A DNA stretch of 64,000 bases from Candidatus Moraniibacteriota bacterium (GCA_027008775.1 JALVDV010000003.1:12340-76339), one strand, 5' to 3'; positions 38,793 through 48,735 are shown, numbered from the stretch's first letter. Notes: a model not told the origin generated them from the sequence alone. Numbers and translations are program-made.

Positions 38793-39737
38793 TTACTTAT
38801 TAAAATAGTACCCGTAACGCAATAAAAATAGCGTTTTTGCTCTCCGCAAAGTTATTCTTGGCACGCTCCAATCATTCTTTGCGAAAGTGGAAATAACAAT
38901 TTCCAAGTGTTTATTTAAAACTCCCTTGTCAAACTGCAAAATCAAATCTGCCCGCGGAGAAACAAGCTCTTGACGATCCTTAAATATACAAACGAAATCA
39001 CCCGACTCTTGCCGACAATGAAAATCACTCAGTTTTTCCAACATTTTCCTGTCAACCTTTATAACAGAAAAATTGTCAACAACATACTTCCGCAGAATAT
39101 CATTATCTTTATCCAGAGGATATTTAATGTGATTTCCCAACAAATAAATTTGCTCCCCGACTTGCGCAAAAGAATACGGCAAATAAAAAGTGCTTAAGGT
39201 AATATTACTTCCTTTCTTTAATTTGCTTAGAAAATCATTTTTATCCGACCTCACCTTATTCCAGTCAAAACCAAGCTGATCAAAAGTTTCCGCATTGGCA
39301 AAAGCTCTATACTCCCCATCGCCGATAAAATAGACCGCTCTGCCATCACTTAATAAAGTTCCCTTTTCCAGTCCCTCAACCGAATTCAAAGTCAATCTAT
39401 TCTTCAAATCAGACAAAGTTTTTATTTCTTCCCCCTTCTTATAAATAGCCAACTCGTTTTGGTAAATATTTTTCAAAGGCGCGGTCTTTTCTCCGCTTTC
39501 CTTTAAAAACTTCCCTCGTATTTTCACTTTATGAAAAGGATAGCCATATCTCATCTTTATTTTTACAAAATGCTTTCCCTCTATTTCCGCCAGATTTCTC
39601 CGAGTCAATGATTGCCAGGAAACCGTAAAGACAGGATACAAAACCCGATAGGACACAAAAGCAAAAACAGCCAGACCCAACCCTAGAGCTAAACAGAAAT
39701 TTCTCCGCCTCAATTTTTTACTCAAATTATTTTCCAT
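38793..39737 (-). CDS. hypothetical membrane-anchored extracytoplasmic protein
   Basis: 314 aa, N-terminal TM helix, no motif recognised. Confidence 0.5.
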   Translation of the reverse strand: MENNLSKKLRRRNFCLALGLGLAVFAFVSYRVLYPVFTVSWQSLTRRNLAEIEGKHFVKIKMRYGYPFHKVKIRGKFLKESGEKTAPLKNIYQNELAIYKKGEEIKTLSDLKNRLTLNSVEGLEKGTLLSDGRAVYFIGDGEYRAFANAETFDQLGFDWNKVRSDKNDFLSKLKKGSNITLSTFYLPYSFAQVGEQIYLLGNHIKYPLDKDNDILRKYVVDNFSVIKVDRKMLEKLSDFHCRQESGDFVCIFKDRQELVSPRADLILQFDKGVLNKHLEIVISTFAKNDWSVPRITLRRAKTLFLLRYGYYFNK

Positions 39738-40488
39738 CTTTCTCTGTAAATATCCAAAAAGCCCTAAAAATTAACAAACCCAAACCGGCAAAAAGCAACG
39801 GCACCACCAGTAAACCGTAAGATCCGGAAACCAAAACATCAAAAAGAGTGTGAATGCCCACCGGAATAATTACCGCCAAAAATAAATAATAAATCTTTTT
39901 CAGCAAACCATCTGCCAACCAAGCATCCACTAAAAATGATCCCAACAAGCCCGAGTAAATAATATGCGCCGAGGTGGACAATAAAAACCTCAACAAAACT
40001 ATCGGCAACAACTTCAAAAGTCCCACTTGCACAAAATTATTGGCAAAATAAACTCCGTTTTCTGTCACCCCAAAAGCCAAGCCAATCAACACACCGGCTA
40101 GCAATCCGGGATTAATCTTCAAGTTTTTCAAACGAGGTGATTTGGCAAAAGAACGCAAAACTAGCATAATTCCCAAACCTTTGGAAAATTCTTCCACTAA
40201 AGCCACAAACAACATCGGCATTACCAATGTGCTGACCAAATAATTCTTGGAAAAAAACTGAACATTCTGCGCCCAAATAGAAAAATAGTTCAGATTTTGT
40301 TGATAATTTATAATTTGAATAACACTGGCCGGCACTGCTGTTAACACCCCCCAAAAAAAAGCAGTCAAAAGAAGCTTAACACCAATTCCTTTATTTTTTC
40401 TAGACATTTTCAACAGCAACCAAGAAATAACAATCGCCGGCAAAATACCTATGGCCGCCGCTATAACAATGATTCTGTAAGCAATCAT
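39727..40488 (-). CDS. PrsW-like intramembrane metalloprotease
   Basis: Polytopic; LVEEFSKGLG (EExxK motif) and a downstream His-containing helix (SAHIIYSGLLG). Confidence 0.6.
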   Translation of the reverse strand: MIAYRIIVIAAAIGILPAIVISWLLLKMSRKNKGIGVKLLLTAFFWGVLTAVPASVIQIINYQQNLNYFSIWAQNVQFFSKNYLVSTLVMPMLFVALVEEFSKGLGIMLVLRSFAKSPRLKNLKINPGLLAGVLIGLAFGVTENGVYFANNFVQVGLLKLLPIVLLRFLLSTSAHIIYSGLLGSFLVDAWLADGLLKKIYYLFLAVIIPVGIHTLFDVLVSGSYGLLVVPLLFAGLGLLIFRAFWIFTEKDGK

Positions 40489-40646
40489 TTAAAATACAGA
40501 AAAAATTTAAACCAGGTCACTGATTTTTTAAATTCAGCCTGCAAATCTTAATTCAAACACCACCCGGATACTCAACAAGCAATAAAATAAATCGGGATAC
40601 GTCTCCAGCAAAAATTATTATAGCATTGCTGAGAAAACAAAGAAAG

Positions 40647-42281
40647 TCAGAGTTGACTGTTTATGTCCTCGGGAAAATTCTTCTTAACAAAAATTTTTCG
40701 CCAAAGAACCTCCAACAAATCTTTTAATTCCTCAATTTTTAGTAACCAAGCAATCAAAACAAAAACGACCAATCCAGACACGACCGATAACAACAACTGG
40801 GTCAATACTCCCCAGAAAGTGTAACCACTACCAAAAGGCTCGGCTCCCACCAATTGTTTAACCAGTTGCGCCACCGTTAGCATCGCCAAAGTTGCCAAAA
40901 GAAGTTTCCAAGAAAAATCTTTCCAGGAAACCACTCCTCTCACAACCAATTTCGGCTTCAACCAAGCAAACAACAAAATAGCATTTAAAACACTGGCCAG
41001 AGAAAAAGCCCAAACCAAACCTAAAACTCCAAGCGTTTTTGCTAGCCAAACAGCCACAACAACATTAAAAACTCCGGCTAAAAGTCCGGCCAAAAAAGGA
41101 ATCCTGGTATTGTGCATCGCATAAAAAGCTCTGGCCAAAAGCGGAATAAGACCCTGCGCCCAAAGTGACAGAGCAAAAATTCCCAAAGCGGTGAAAGTCA
41201 AATAAGTATCCTGCCAATCAAATTTACCGGCCCCCAAAACCACTCGGACAATTTGCGCCCGAACCACAAAGACCAATGCTGACGCCGGAATTATAAAAAA
41301 CAGAATTTTACGCATCGTTAATAATAGCCTCCGACCAAACTCCTCCCTCCTTCCTTCTCCCCACAATCCCGCTAAGACAGGAAAAGAGGCAATAGAAAAA
41401 GAAATACCGAACAAACTCAAAGGCACGCTCTCCAAGTTATTGGCCAAATTGAAAATAGCCAGACTACCGGAAGTTAAAGTTGAAGCAATGGTGACAATAA
41501 TCAACAAATTTAACTGAGCAGTGGCAATTCCCAATGTCCTGGGAATCATTAGAGCTAATATTTTCCTTAAATTTTTATTGCGCCAATCAAGATTAAACCT
41601 AAATTTTAAACCACAACGCACCACTTCCGGAAGTTGAACAAATAAATGTAAAAACGCCCCCAGAACAACTCCCCAAGCCAGACCCAAGACACCCATTTTA
41701 TCAACTAAAACTGTTGCGCCCAGAATAATTCCCAAATTATAAAAAATCGGCGCCAAAGAATAGAAGAAGAATTTCTTGTAGGAATTCAGAATTCCGCCCA
41801 GAATTCCGGAAATCCCCAACAAAAAAGGACTCAGCAACATCACCCTGGTCATTCCTACAGCCAACTGTTTCTTTTCTTCATTATAGCCAAAAACAACCAA
41901 GCCGACCAACTGATCGGCAAAAACAAAAAACAAGAACGATAAGAAAAGAACCATCAAGGAACCGATTGAAATAATAGCATTTACCAAATCCCAAGCCTCT
42001 TTTTCTTTTTTTCTAGCCAACAAAGAAGAAAAAACGGGAATAAAAGCCGCCGATAAGGCGCCCAAAATAAACAAATTGTAAATCAAATCGGGAATCTTAA
42101 AAGAAGCGTAATAAATGTCCAAGACATCTCCGGCTCCAAATTTGGCCGCTAAAATTCTGTCCCTCAACAATCCAAGAATCTTGCTGGTCAAACCCATCAC
42201 GGCAATCAAGATTGCCGACTTGGTGATAGAATTGGAAACTTTTTCTCCTTTAAAAAAATTGTACGCCAGCTTCTTTATCAT
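40647..42281 (-). CDS. murJ: lipid II flippase MurJ
   Basis: SKILGLLRDRILAAKFGAGDVLDIYYASFKIPDLIYNLF conserved MurJ/MviN N-terminus; 14-TM topology. Confidence 0.9.
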   Translation of the reverse strand: MIKKLAYNFFKGEKVSNSITKSAILIAVMGLTSKILGLLRDRILAAKFGAGDVLDIYYASFKIPDLIYNLFILGALSAAFIPVFSSLLARKKEKEAWDLVNAIISIGSLMVLFLSFLFFVFADQLVGLVVFGYNEEKKQLAVGMTRVMLLSPFLLGISGILGGILNSYKKFFFYSLAPIFYNLGIILGATVLVDKMGVLGLAWGVVLGAFLHLFVQLPEVVRCGLKFRFNLDWRNKNLRKILALMIPRTLGIATAQLNLLIIVTIASTLTSGSLAIFNLANNLESVPLSLFGISFSIASFPVLAGLWGEGRREEFGRRLLLTMRKILFFIIPASALVFVVRAQIVRVVLGAGKFDWQDTYLTFTALGIFALSLWAQGLIPLLARAFYAMHNTRIPFLAGLLAGVFNVVVAVWLAKTLGVLGLVWAFSLASVLNAILLFAWLKPKLVVRGVVSWKDFSWKLLLATLAMLTVAQLVKQLVGAEPFGSGYTFWGVLTQLLLSVVSGLVVFVLIAWLLKIEELKDLLEVLWRKIFVKKNFPEDINSQL

Positions 42282-42306
42282 AACCCCCTAAGCAAAATTA
42301 CTTGTT

Positions 42307-42594
42307 TTATTTCTTTTTATTTTCTAAGTCTTGTTCCTTAGCTTCTTCGCCACCTTTTTCAAGCGCCGCGCCTTTAGCCAAACTATCATTTAAGACTTTC
42401 AAAAATTCCTCTCCATCAACTCCAAACTCATTGATGATGTCACCCAGGCTTTCATAACTGGCCGCTATGCAACCGGCGCAAGGCAAACCATACTCGGCAA
42501 AAATCTCCACCGCCCCCGGAACAGTTTGGACCACTTCCATAATATTTGATTCTAAAGTAATCCGGTTATTTTTATCTTTTTTCATTTTGTTCAT
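42307..42594 (-). CDS. DUF1858-type small redox (hybrid-cluster-associated) domain protein
   Basis: 95 aa; VPGAVEIFAEYGLPCAGCIAASYESLGD CxxC motif typical of the family. Confidence 0.6.
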   Translation of the reverse strand: MNKMKKDKNNRITLESNIMEVVQTVPGAVEIFAEYGLPCAGCIAASYESLGDIINEFGVDGEEFLKVLNDSLAKGAALEKGGEEAKEQDLENKKK

Positions 42595-42678
42595 TTCCTA
42601 ATCAATTTAAAAATTTAAGAAGGATTCAACCCTGATAAAATAATATAATTTTCAAAACAAAGCAACCGCGCAATAATA

Positions 42679-43236
42679 TCATTTTCCACTAATTTTGGCC
42701 ATCATTTCATTAATCTGCCGATAAGTCTCCTCTAACTCACCACCATTGTCAATCACAAAATCGGCGTATTGTTTCAACAAAGGCACATCTTTGTCCGCCG
42801 GTCGCTGATGATCTTTTTTAAATTCTGCAAAAGTCTTGGAATTGTCATCTGTTTTTTCTCCCCGCTTAATCAATCTCTCATAAGATACCTCCAATGGCGC
42901 TTCCACAAACACAAAAATAAAATCATCTATTTTATTTTTAAAATAATCCAATTCCGCCTTTTTTCTAATACCATCAAAAACAACCAATTCCGCTTCTTTT
43001 TTTTGAATGTCTTGCTCCAAAACTCTGGACAAAATATCCTTACCGAAAGCATTACGCAAAGCCTCAGCTAATCCGGCTAAATTTTGCCGCTCATTAGGCA
43101 AATAAAGCCTGTCTAAAACATCCTTTAAAATATTAGTATAAGCCACCGCTTCCGCCCCGTATTTCTCAATCAAATATCTTGTGATTGTTCCTTTGCCGGC
43201 GCCAATATTTCCGGCGATTCCAATTACTTTTTTCAT
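42679..43236 (-). CDS. P-loop nucleotide kinase, phage-T4-type dNMP-kinase-like (paralogue 1)
   Basis: GIAGNIGAGKGT Walker A; C-terminal ADFVIDNGGELEETYRQI resembles the T4 gp1 C-terminus (ITNDGSLEEL); paralogous to 49758..50351. Confidence 0.55.
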   Translation of the reverse strand: MKKVIGIAGNIGAGKGTITRYLIEKYGAEAVAYTNILKDVLDRLYLPNERQNLAGLAEALRNAFGKDILSRVLEQDIQKKEAELVVFDGIRKKAELDYFKNKIDDFIFVFVEAPLEVSYERLIKRGEKTDDNSKTFAEFKKDHQRPADKDVPLLKQYADFVIDNGGELEETYRQINEMMAKISGK

Positions 43237-43592
43237 TGTTTTAATTTTAGCTATCTAGTTATTAACCAAACGAAAGAAAATTAAAAATCAATTTTTATCC
43301 TTTTCTCGCGACATCCACCTTTTTGCCACTTCTACTACACCCTAACAATAGTTTTCTCTCTGTCAACTTTTGCCCTGCTCTCCCGACAACTTATTTTATT
43401 ATTTTCATTGAAAAAGCACAAACATACACTCTCCTCTGTTTATTGATTCGCCAGACAGTAAAAAAACCAGCTTTCACAGTCTTACAAAATTAAATCCTTG
43501 CCAACAATATAAACATGCAACAAATGCTAATTACAATACGTTGTCAGCTCCTACAAAAACATCAATCCCTCAAATTAACTTATCTTTTAAAG

Positions 43593-44261
43593 CTATTCCT
43601 CACCGGCAATCTCCTTTTCCAATCGCTCTAAAAATTCTTTAAAAAACGCTAGCCTTTTTCTGGCCATTTCCCTGGCTTTCTCAGTATACAATCTATCAAC
43701 CACAAATTTCAATTTTGTTTCAAACTCTATTTGCGGACTGTGTTTTGTTTTATCCTTGATTCTTCCCTTGAGCTTCCCTCCCAAATTTTCCTCAGCATAC
43801 TTTTCAATGTCAACGTCACTGTAAATTTTGGCCTTATTTTTCCCCACCCAAACAAAACTTCTCGCCACTCCTATCGCCCCCAGGGCATCCAGTTTGTCCG
43901 CATCAAATAAAATTTGCGCTTCCCTGCTCTTTGCTCTGCAACCTGTCCTGTACCGATGAGAAACTATACATTCTTGAACATGCCTTACCTGCTTTTCTGA
44001 AAAATCCAATTTCCGCAAAATGGGTCCCGCCATTTTCGCTCCCAAGACCGCATGATCGGTTTTTCCGGAAGAATCTTTATCCTCTTTAACTCTGGCAATA
44101 TCGTGCAGTAAAGCCGCCGCCCGCAACACGTCTTTATCAATATCGTCGCCTTTCGCCAATCGCAAAGCCAAATTATAAACTCGCAACACGTGCTCCATAT
44201 CGTGCGCTGAACAGGAAAGCTCTTTGGCCACAATTTCTTTGATTTTTTGAAACCTAGACAT
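43593..44261 (-). CDS. HD-domain phosphohydrolase
   Basis: H...HD motif (LLHDIARVKE) and downstream His/Asp residues. Confidence 0.8.
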   Translation of the reverse strand: MSRFQKIKEIVAKELSCSAHDMEHVLRVYNLALRLAKGDDIDKDVLRAAALLHDIARVKEDKDSSGKTDHAVLGAKMAGPILRKLDFSEKQVRHVQECIVSHRYRTGCRAKSREAQILFDADKLDALGAIGVARSFVWVGKNKAKIYSDVDIEKYAEENLGGKLKGRIKDKTKHSPQIEFETKLKFVVDRLYTEKAREMARKRLAFFKEFLERLEKEIAGEE

Positions 44262-45237
44262 TCAAATTCTTTTTAATTATCGTATCCAAAAAATCGCTCA
44301 ATTTCCACCCGGCCGCTCGCAACTCTTGCGGATATAAAGATGTCTCCGTCATACCGGGCAAAGTATTTACTTCCAGCACGTATAAACCCTTTTCCTCGTT
44401 AAAGATAAAATCTGTCCGGGAATAATCAGCCAAACCCAATACCTTGTGAACTCGCGCAGCTGTCCGTTGAATTTCCTTGGCCAAGTTTTCATCCTCAATC
44501 ACCGCCGGACAAATCTCCTCCACCGCATTTTCATACTTGGCTTCAAAGTCAAAAAATTCCTTTTGAGGAATAATCTCCACAATCGGCAACGGCTCAATTT
44601 GACCGGCTTTTTGTTCCAAAACACCACAAGTGAATTCCTTTCCCTCAATATACTCTTCCACCAAAGCCTCATTGCCAATCTCAAAAATCTCTCGCAAAGC
44701 TTGAGCCAATTCCTCAGCCGAGTCGCAAATAAAAACACCAAAGGAAGATCCGGACTCACTAGCTTTGGCCACCACTTTTTTCCCCTGAAATTTTTCCACA
44801 ATATTCACCGCTTCCTCATTCAAATTTCCAATCTTAGACCTTTCCAAAGACAAAAACGGTGGCGTTTTAATACCGCTTTTTTCAAACACCCATTTGCTGG
44901 CAATCTTAGAAAAAGATAATTGCGAAGATTTTGCCGAAGAGCCAACAAAATTAATCCTCTCTTTTTCTAAGACACTTTGCACCTGACCATCCTCTCCGTA
45001 AGAACCATGCAAAACCGAAAAAACTATGTCAACCCTGCCCTTTAAATCCCGCGGAATAATTTCTTTTCCTTCCAAAAACCACCGACCATCCTTGGCAACA
45101 AAAATGTCCACAATTTCATACTTACCCGAGTCCAAATTATTCTTGATTGTCTTGCCGGAATTCAAAGAAACATCATGTTCCAAAGAAACACCTCCACTCA
45201 ACACCCCCACTCTTATTTTCTTTGATTCATTTGCCAT
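44254..45237 (-). CDS. ddl: D-alanine--D-alanine ligase
   Basis: KIRVGVLSGGVSLEHDVSLNSGK, ATP-grasp fold, C-terminal LEVNTLPGMTETSLYP. Confidence 0.9.
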   Translation of the reverse strand: MANESKKIRVGVLSGGVSLEHDVSLNSGKTIKNNLDSGKYEIVDIFVAKDGRWFLEGKEIIPRDLKGRVDIVFSVLHGSYGEDGQVQSVLEKERINFVGSSAKSSQLSFSKIASKWVFEKSGIKTPPFLSLERSKIGNLNEEAVNIVEKFQGKKVVAKASESGSSFGVFICDSAEELAQALREIFEIGNEALVEEYIEGKEFTCGVLEQKAGQIEPLPIVEIIPQKEFFDFEAKYENAVEEICPAVIEDENLAKEIQRTAARVHKVLGLADYSRTDFIFNEEKGLYVLEVNTLPGMTETSLYPQELRAAGWKLSDFLDTIIKKNLNV

Positions 45238-45292
45238 ACTTCTGAATTTATCGCAAAATTAAAACTCTCAACGCCTCTTCTAAAGAAAACAA

Positions 45293-45622
45293 TTATCGAT
45301 CATCTCCATCTCCATTAATAACCCCTCTTTCTAAACGACTGTATAATTTTTCAATATTTTTTTGTGCTATTTCATCCAAATTTAAGCCAAGTTCCGTAGC
45401 TAACTGAGAAAGATACCACAGCACATCACCCAATTCTTTCTGCACACTCTCCCTAAAACCATCGTCAATAATTCCATCTTTATCTCTAATTAGTTTTTTA
45501 ATTTTTTCCGCTACCTCACCCGCCTCTCCAACTAAACCCAGAGTCGGATAAATAAAATTATTGTCTTTATTCGGATACAGGGCTGTCTTCCTTGACTTTT
45601 CTTGATACTCTTGAAAATTCAT
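45293..45622 (-). CDS. MazG-like nucleoside triphosphate pyrophosphohydrolase
   Basis: LGLVGEAGEVAEKIKK...ELGDVLWYLSQLA, the EExxE/D metal-binding helix pair; start at MNFQEY (the ORF extends upstream to 45769). Confidence 0.7.
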   Translation of the reverse strand: MNFQEYQEKSRKTALYPNKDNNFIYPTLGLVGEAGEVAEKIKKLIRDKDGIIDDGFRESVQKELGDVLWYLSQLATELGLNLDEIAQKNIEKLYSRLERGVINGDGDDR

Positions 45623-45857
45623 AAACAAATTTTTAATTCTTAATCTATAAAACACAATAGAAGGCATAACAATAAGAAGAATATCAGGCAAACCAACATT
45701 TTGTATCAAGCTTCTTTCAAAACTCCAAATCTGGTAGAAACAATAATTTTCCTCAATAATTCTCCTCAATATCAGCTTTCACACAAACACAAAATCCCAC
45801 CAAACTAAACCTCCACATCAACATCACCAAACATTTTCCCAACTCCCAACCATCACT

Positions 45858-45885
45858 TACTACCATATTACGTAATATAGTAGTA
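45858..45885. promoter_or_regulatory. 28-bp palindrome TACTACCATATTACGTAATATAGTAGTA (copy B, one mismatch)
   Basis: Between the TrpR-like gene (downstream side) and the MazG-like gene (upstream side). Confidence 0.6.
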
Positions 45886-45945
45886 AAAACAACGGCAGGG
45901 AAAACAACGACAGTGGCGCTGGTCAATTATCACAATAACAACATA

Positions 45946-46383
45946 CTACAACGATAATAAATCTTTCAAAAATCTGTATTGAGGATAACGATCTAACAAA
46001 CCTTCATTGTATCTGACACTGCTTCCTTTTCGGCCACCTTTCTCCTTCGGCCATCTTTTTATCATTACTTTTTTATAAGCTTCATCTCTTTCGTGTAACC
46101 ATCTATCCACTTTTGAAATAGTTCCGAATCCAACACCAATTTTCTGTCTGATATCATCAAAAGTATCTCCATCAATGATACACTTGGCTATTTGCAGTCT
46201 TCTCGCCAACATAAGTGATTCGCTGGGAGTCAGGAGACCGACAAATAAATCAATTATTTCCTGTTTGGTTCTCAAATTGGAAATTAAACCAAAGAAATCA
46301 CCGATAATTTTACGTCTTTTTTCTATGGGTATATTTTTTGGTTTTACCTTAGCCATATATTTTTGATACTTTTTATGTTCCAA
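45946..46383 (-). CDS. TrpR-like DNA-binding protein, YerC/YecD family
   Basis: LLTPSESLMLARRLQIAKCIIDGDTFDDIRQKIGVGFGTISKVDRWL parallels B. subtilis YerC SLAQRLQVAKMIKQGYTYATIEQESGASTATISRVKRSL (helix-turn-helix of the Trp repressor fold). Confidence 0.8.
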   Translation of the reverse strand: MEHKKYQKYMAKVKPKNIPIEKRRKIIGDFFGLISNLRTKQEIIDLFVGLLTPSESLMLARRLQIAKCIIDGDTFDDIRQKIGVGFGTISKVDRWLHERDEAYKKVMIKRWPKEKGGRKGSSVRYNEGLLDRYPQYRFLKDLLSL

Positions 46384-46396
46384 ATTACTCCTATAA

Positions 46397-46424
46397 TACT
46401 ACCATATTACGTAATATGGTAGTA
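46397..46424. promoter_or_regulatory. 28-bp perfect palindrome TACTACCATATTACGTAATATGGTAGTA (copy C) 14 bp upstream of the TrpR-like start codon
   Basis: Overlaps a TATAAT hexamer (46392-46397); position fits an autoregulatory operator. Confidence 0.65.
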
Positions 46425-46460
46425 TTTAGATTTTGATTACATGTAAATATACTGGATGGA

Positions 46461-46535
46461 AATTTCTGAAAACTTTTGAAAATTTCTAAAAACTTTTGAG
46501 AACTTTTGAAAACTTTTTAAAACTTTTTAAATAAT
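46461..46535. repeat. ~13-bp tandem repeat (GAAAACTTTTGAA)n
   Basis: tctgaaaacttttgaaaatttctaaaaacttttgagaacttttgaaaactttttaaaactttttaaa read directly. Confidence 0.5.
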
Positions 46536-46601
46536 TTCAAATAGTAATCCATAGCAATAACAGAAAATGGCAATCAGCGACATCACGATACGCACAGCGC
46601 C

Positions 46602-47288
46602 CTATTTTATCACTTCTCCAACTTTTTCCCAAACCATCTCCGCAATTTTTTCCCGACTGAGCAACTTCCCGTTGCGAGCACATCTAATATCAATCCAATT
46701 ATTTTGCTCTTTCACTAAATTCAAAGCGCTTCGTTTGGCATTTAATAAATGTTGCGGGTCACTTTCATGAGCATCTTTTTTCCCATCCAAATAGGCCTTT
46801 CGTTTTTTGGCATCTCCATTTTCCAACAATTGCAGACTCAATTTCAAAGGCACATTCAAAAAAACAATGGCATCCGGTTGCGGTATTTTAAAAATATCAA
46901 ACTCCATCACTTGCAACCATTTCAAAAATTCTCGCCTCTTTCGAGCGTCTTGAATTTTTCCTCCTTGATGAACTTGATTGGCGCTGGCATAACGGTCAGC
47001 AATAACCACAAAGCCATCTTCCAGCCATTTTTTAATTCTCTTACTGGATTCAAAACGATCAGCAGCGTACAAAACGGAAGCAATTTTCGGGTCCAATCCA
47101 ACAAAATCACCATGCTTTCCCGCCAAACACTCTCCGATAAACTTTCCAAAAAAATTATTATCATACTGTGGAAAGTCAATTGTTCTCACTCTAAATCCCT
47201 CTCGTCGCAATCGCTTGATCAACAAATCCGTTTGTGTTTTCTTGCCACTCCCATCTATTCCTTCTATCACAATTAATTTACCTTGCAT
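46602..47288 (-). CDS. tmk: thymidylate kinase
   Basis: GKLIVIEGIDGSGKKTQ P-loop, DRY motif (VIADRYASANQV), LID region; a basic N-terminal extension to 47354 is possible. Confidence 0.85.
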   Translation of the reverse strand: MQGKLIVIEGIDGSGKKTQTDLLIKRLRREGFRVRTIDFPQYDNNFFGKFIGECLAGKHGDFVGLDPKIASVLYAADRFESSKRIKKWLEDGFVVIADRYASANQVHQGGKIQDARKRREFLKWLQVMEFDIFKIPQPDAIVFLNVPLKLSLQLLENGDAKKRKAYLDGKKDAHESDPQHLLNAKRSALNLVKEQNNWIDIRCARNGKLLSREKIAEMVWEKVGEVIK

Positions 47289-47388
47289 CCTAGTATCTCT
47301 CTTCATCCTCCTCTGCGATTTCAATCTATTTTTCATTCGTCTTTTTTCTTTCATTTTTTACCCAAAACCGTGAAATTTTAAATTCAAC

Positions 47389-48735
47389 TTACTTTTTTTC
47401 CACAATATCCTGCTCTCCCCTCCGAACATCAAATCTATTTGACTCGTCGTCAATGTGAAGAACTAGACCATATTTACCAAACAGTTTTTTTAAACTGGTG
47501 ACCATTTTTAACATCTGTTCCACTAAAGTCGGATGCACAAACCTGGTGGAACGAAGCTCCACCAAATAAGTTAACGCCTTCAAATCTCCCACTACTCGAC
47601 AAGGAACTTGATAACCCATCGGGATGTAATATTGTTTAACAAATTTATCGGCCTTCAATTTTCCAATCAATTTCTTCTGTTCTCCTAAAAATTTCTCTGC
47701 CTCCTTTTTTAATTCTTCCGGCATCTGTTCCAAATACCATTTATGAAAACCATGTCGCATCGTCAATAAAGGCATTCGTTGAGCCACTGCTCGATGTCTT
47801 TGTAAATCCCGAAAAGAACCAAAGTCAAGCAAGAAATCATAACCGACCACTCCGGCAGTGGCAACGGAATTTGGCAATTCCGTTTTGGCCGGTCGTCTTT
47901 TTAGCTCCTGCTTGAATTCCGCCAAAACATCTTTATCCACCCCGTTAAATAGCAATTTAAACCCCTTCAATTTACTATTCTCAAAATAATATTTTTTCTG
48001 CATCAAATATTCATTATATTTCTCCGTCTTTTCATATCTTTTATGCCCAAAAGACTGGGGATACATTTTTCGCAACGCTTTTTCGGTTTTCTCAGCAATA
48101 TCCCGTACCTCCGCCAAAGGATGATGTCTCAACAACATTAACTCATCGGCAAATTGCCTAAAATTCATTCGCCATGCCACATTAGTCGTTGCTCCCGCCG
48201 GCAACCAACAACGAGTACTGTCAAAAGCTCGAGCGATAATCGCCTTTTCATAAATTTTTTCATTTTCACCTTCTTGACGAGGATGTTTTCTTCTAAGATG
48301 CTCTCGCATCGGCTCTTGAAGATGTAAATAAAAATCCCGCCAATTTTCCAATATCCTCTCGCCTGTCTTGGTCTTGGTGGGATTTAAAAAAATTTGTTTG
48401 GAAAAATCAACGTAACGAGTGGAGGCTTCCTGTCCGGAATACAGTCGCCAATCTTGAATGGCCTTTGCCGCCAACATTGAAACTCCTTCCACAAAAACCG
48501 TCGCGCTTCCACAATCACCAATTGATTTATGCCCGTAACCGACATAAAATTGCTCCATAAAATTCTCCGCCCCTTTTTCTTTTAAAACTTTTAAGTGATG
48601 TTTTATACCTCCGGTGGAACGAGAATGAAGGGCTTGCAACATTGCTTCCGCCTGCCCATCAATTTCCGCCCCATTATTCAAAACCAAAACAAAGCTCCCA
48701 TTTTGTTTTAATTTTTCCACACTATGTCCTTTCAT
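47389..48735 (-). CDS. thyX: flavin-dependent thymidylate synthase-like protein (long, divergent ThyX)
   Basis: GHKSIGDCGSATVFVEGVS...RLYSGQEASTRYV parallels the ThyX core (HxS..EH..FTF..GVSR...Q.SQRY); a second region has QRHRAVAQRMP with RHR but no conserved Ser; 448 aa, about twice a typical ThyX. Confidence 0.7.
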   Translation of the reverse strand: MKGHSVEKLKQNGSFVLVLNNGAEIDGQAEAMLQALHSRSTGGIKHHLKVLKEKGAENFMEQFYVGYGHKSIGDCGSATVFVEGVSMLAAKAIQDWRLYSGQEASTRYVDFSKQIFLNPTKTKTGERILENWRDFYLHLQEPMREHLRRKHPRQEGENEKIYEKAIIARAFDSTRCWLPAGATTNVAWRMNFRQFADELMLLRHHPLAEVRDIAEKTEKALRKMYPQSFGHKRYEKTEKYNEYLMQKKYYFENSKLKGFKLLFNGVDKDVLAEFKQELKRRPAKTELPNSVATAGVVGYDFLLDFGSFRDLQRHRAVAQRMPLLTMRHGFHKWYLEQMPEELKKEAEKFLGEQKKLIGKLKADKFVKQYYIPMGYQVPCRVVGDLKALTYLVELRSTRFVHPTLVEQMLKMVTSLKKLFGKYGLVLHIDDESNRFDVRRGEQDIVEKK

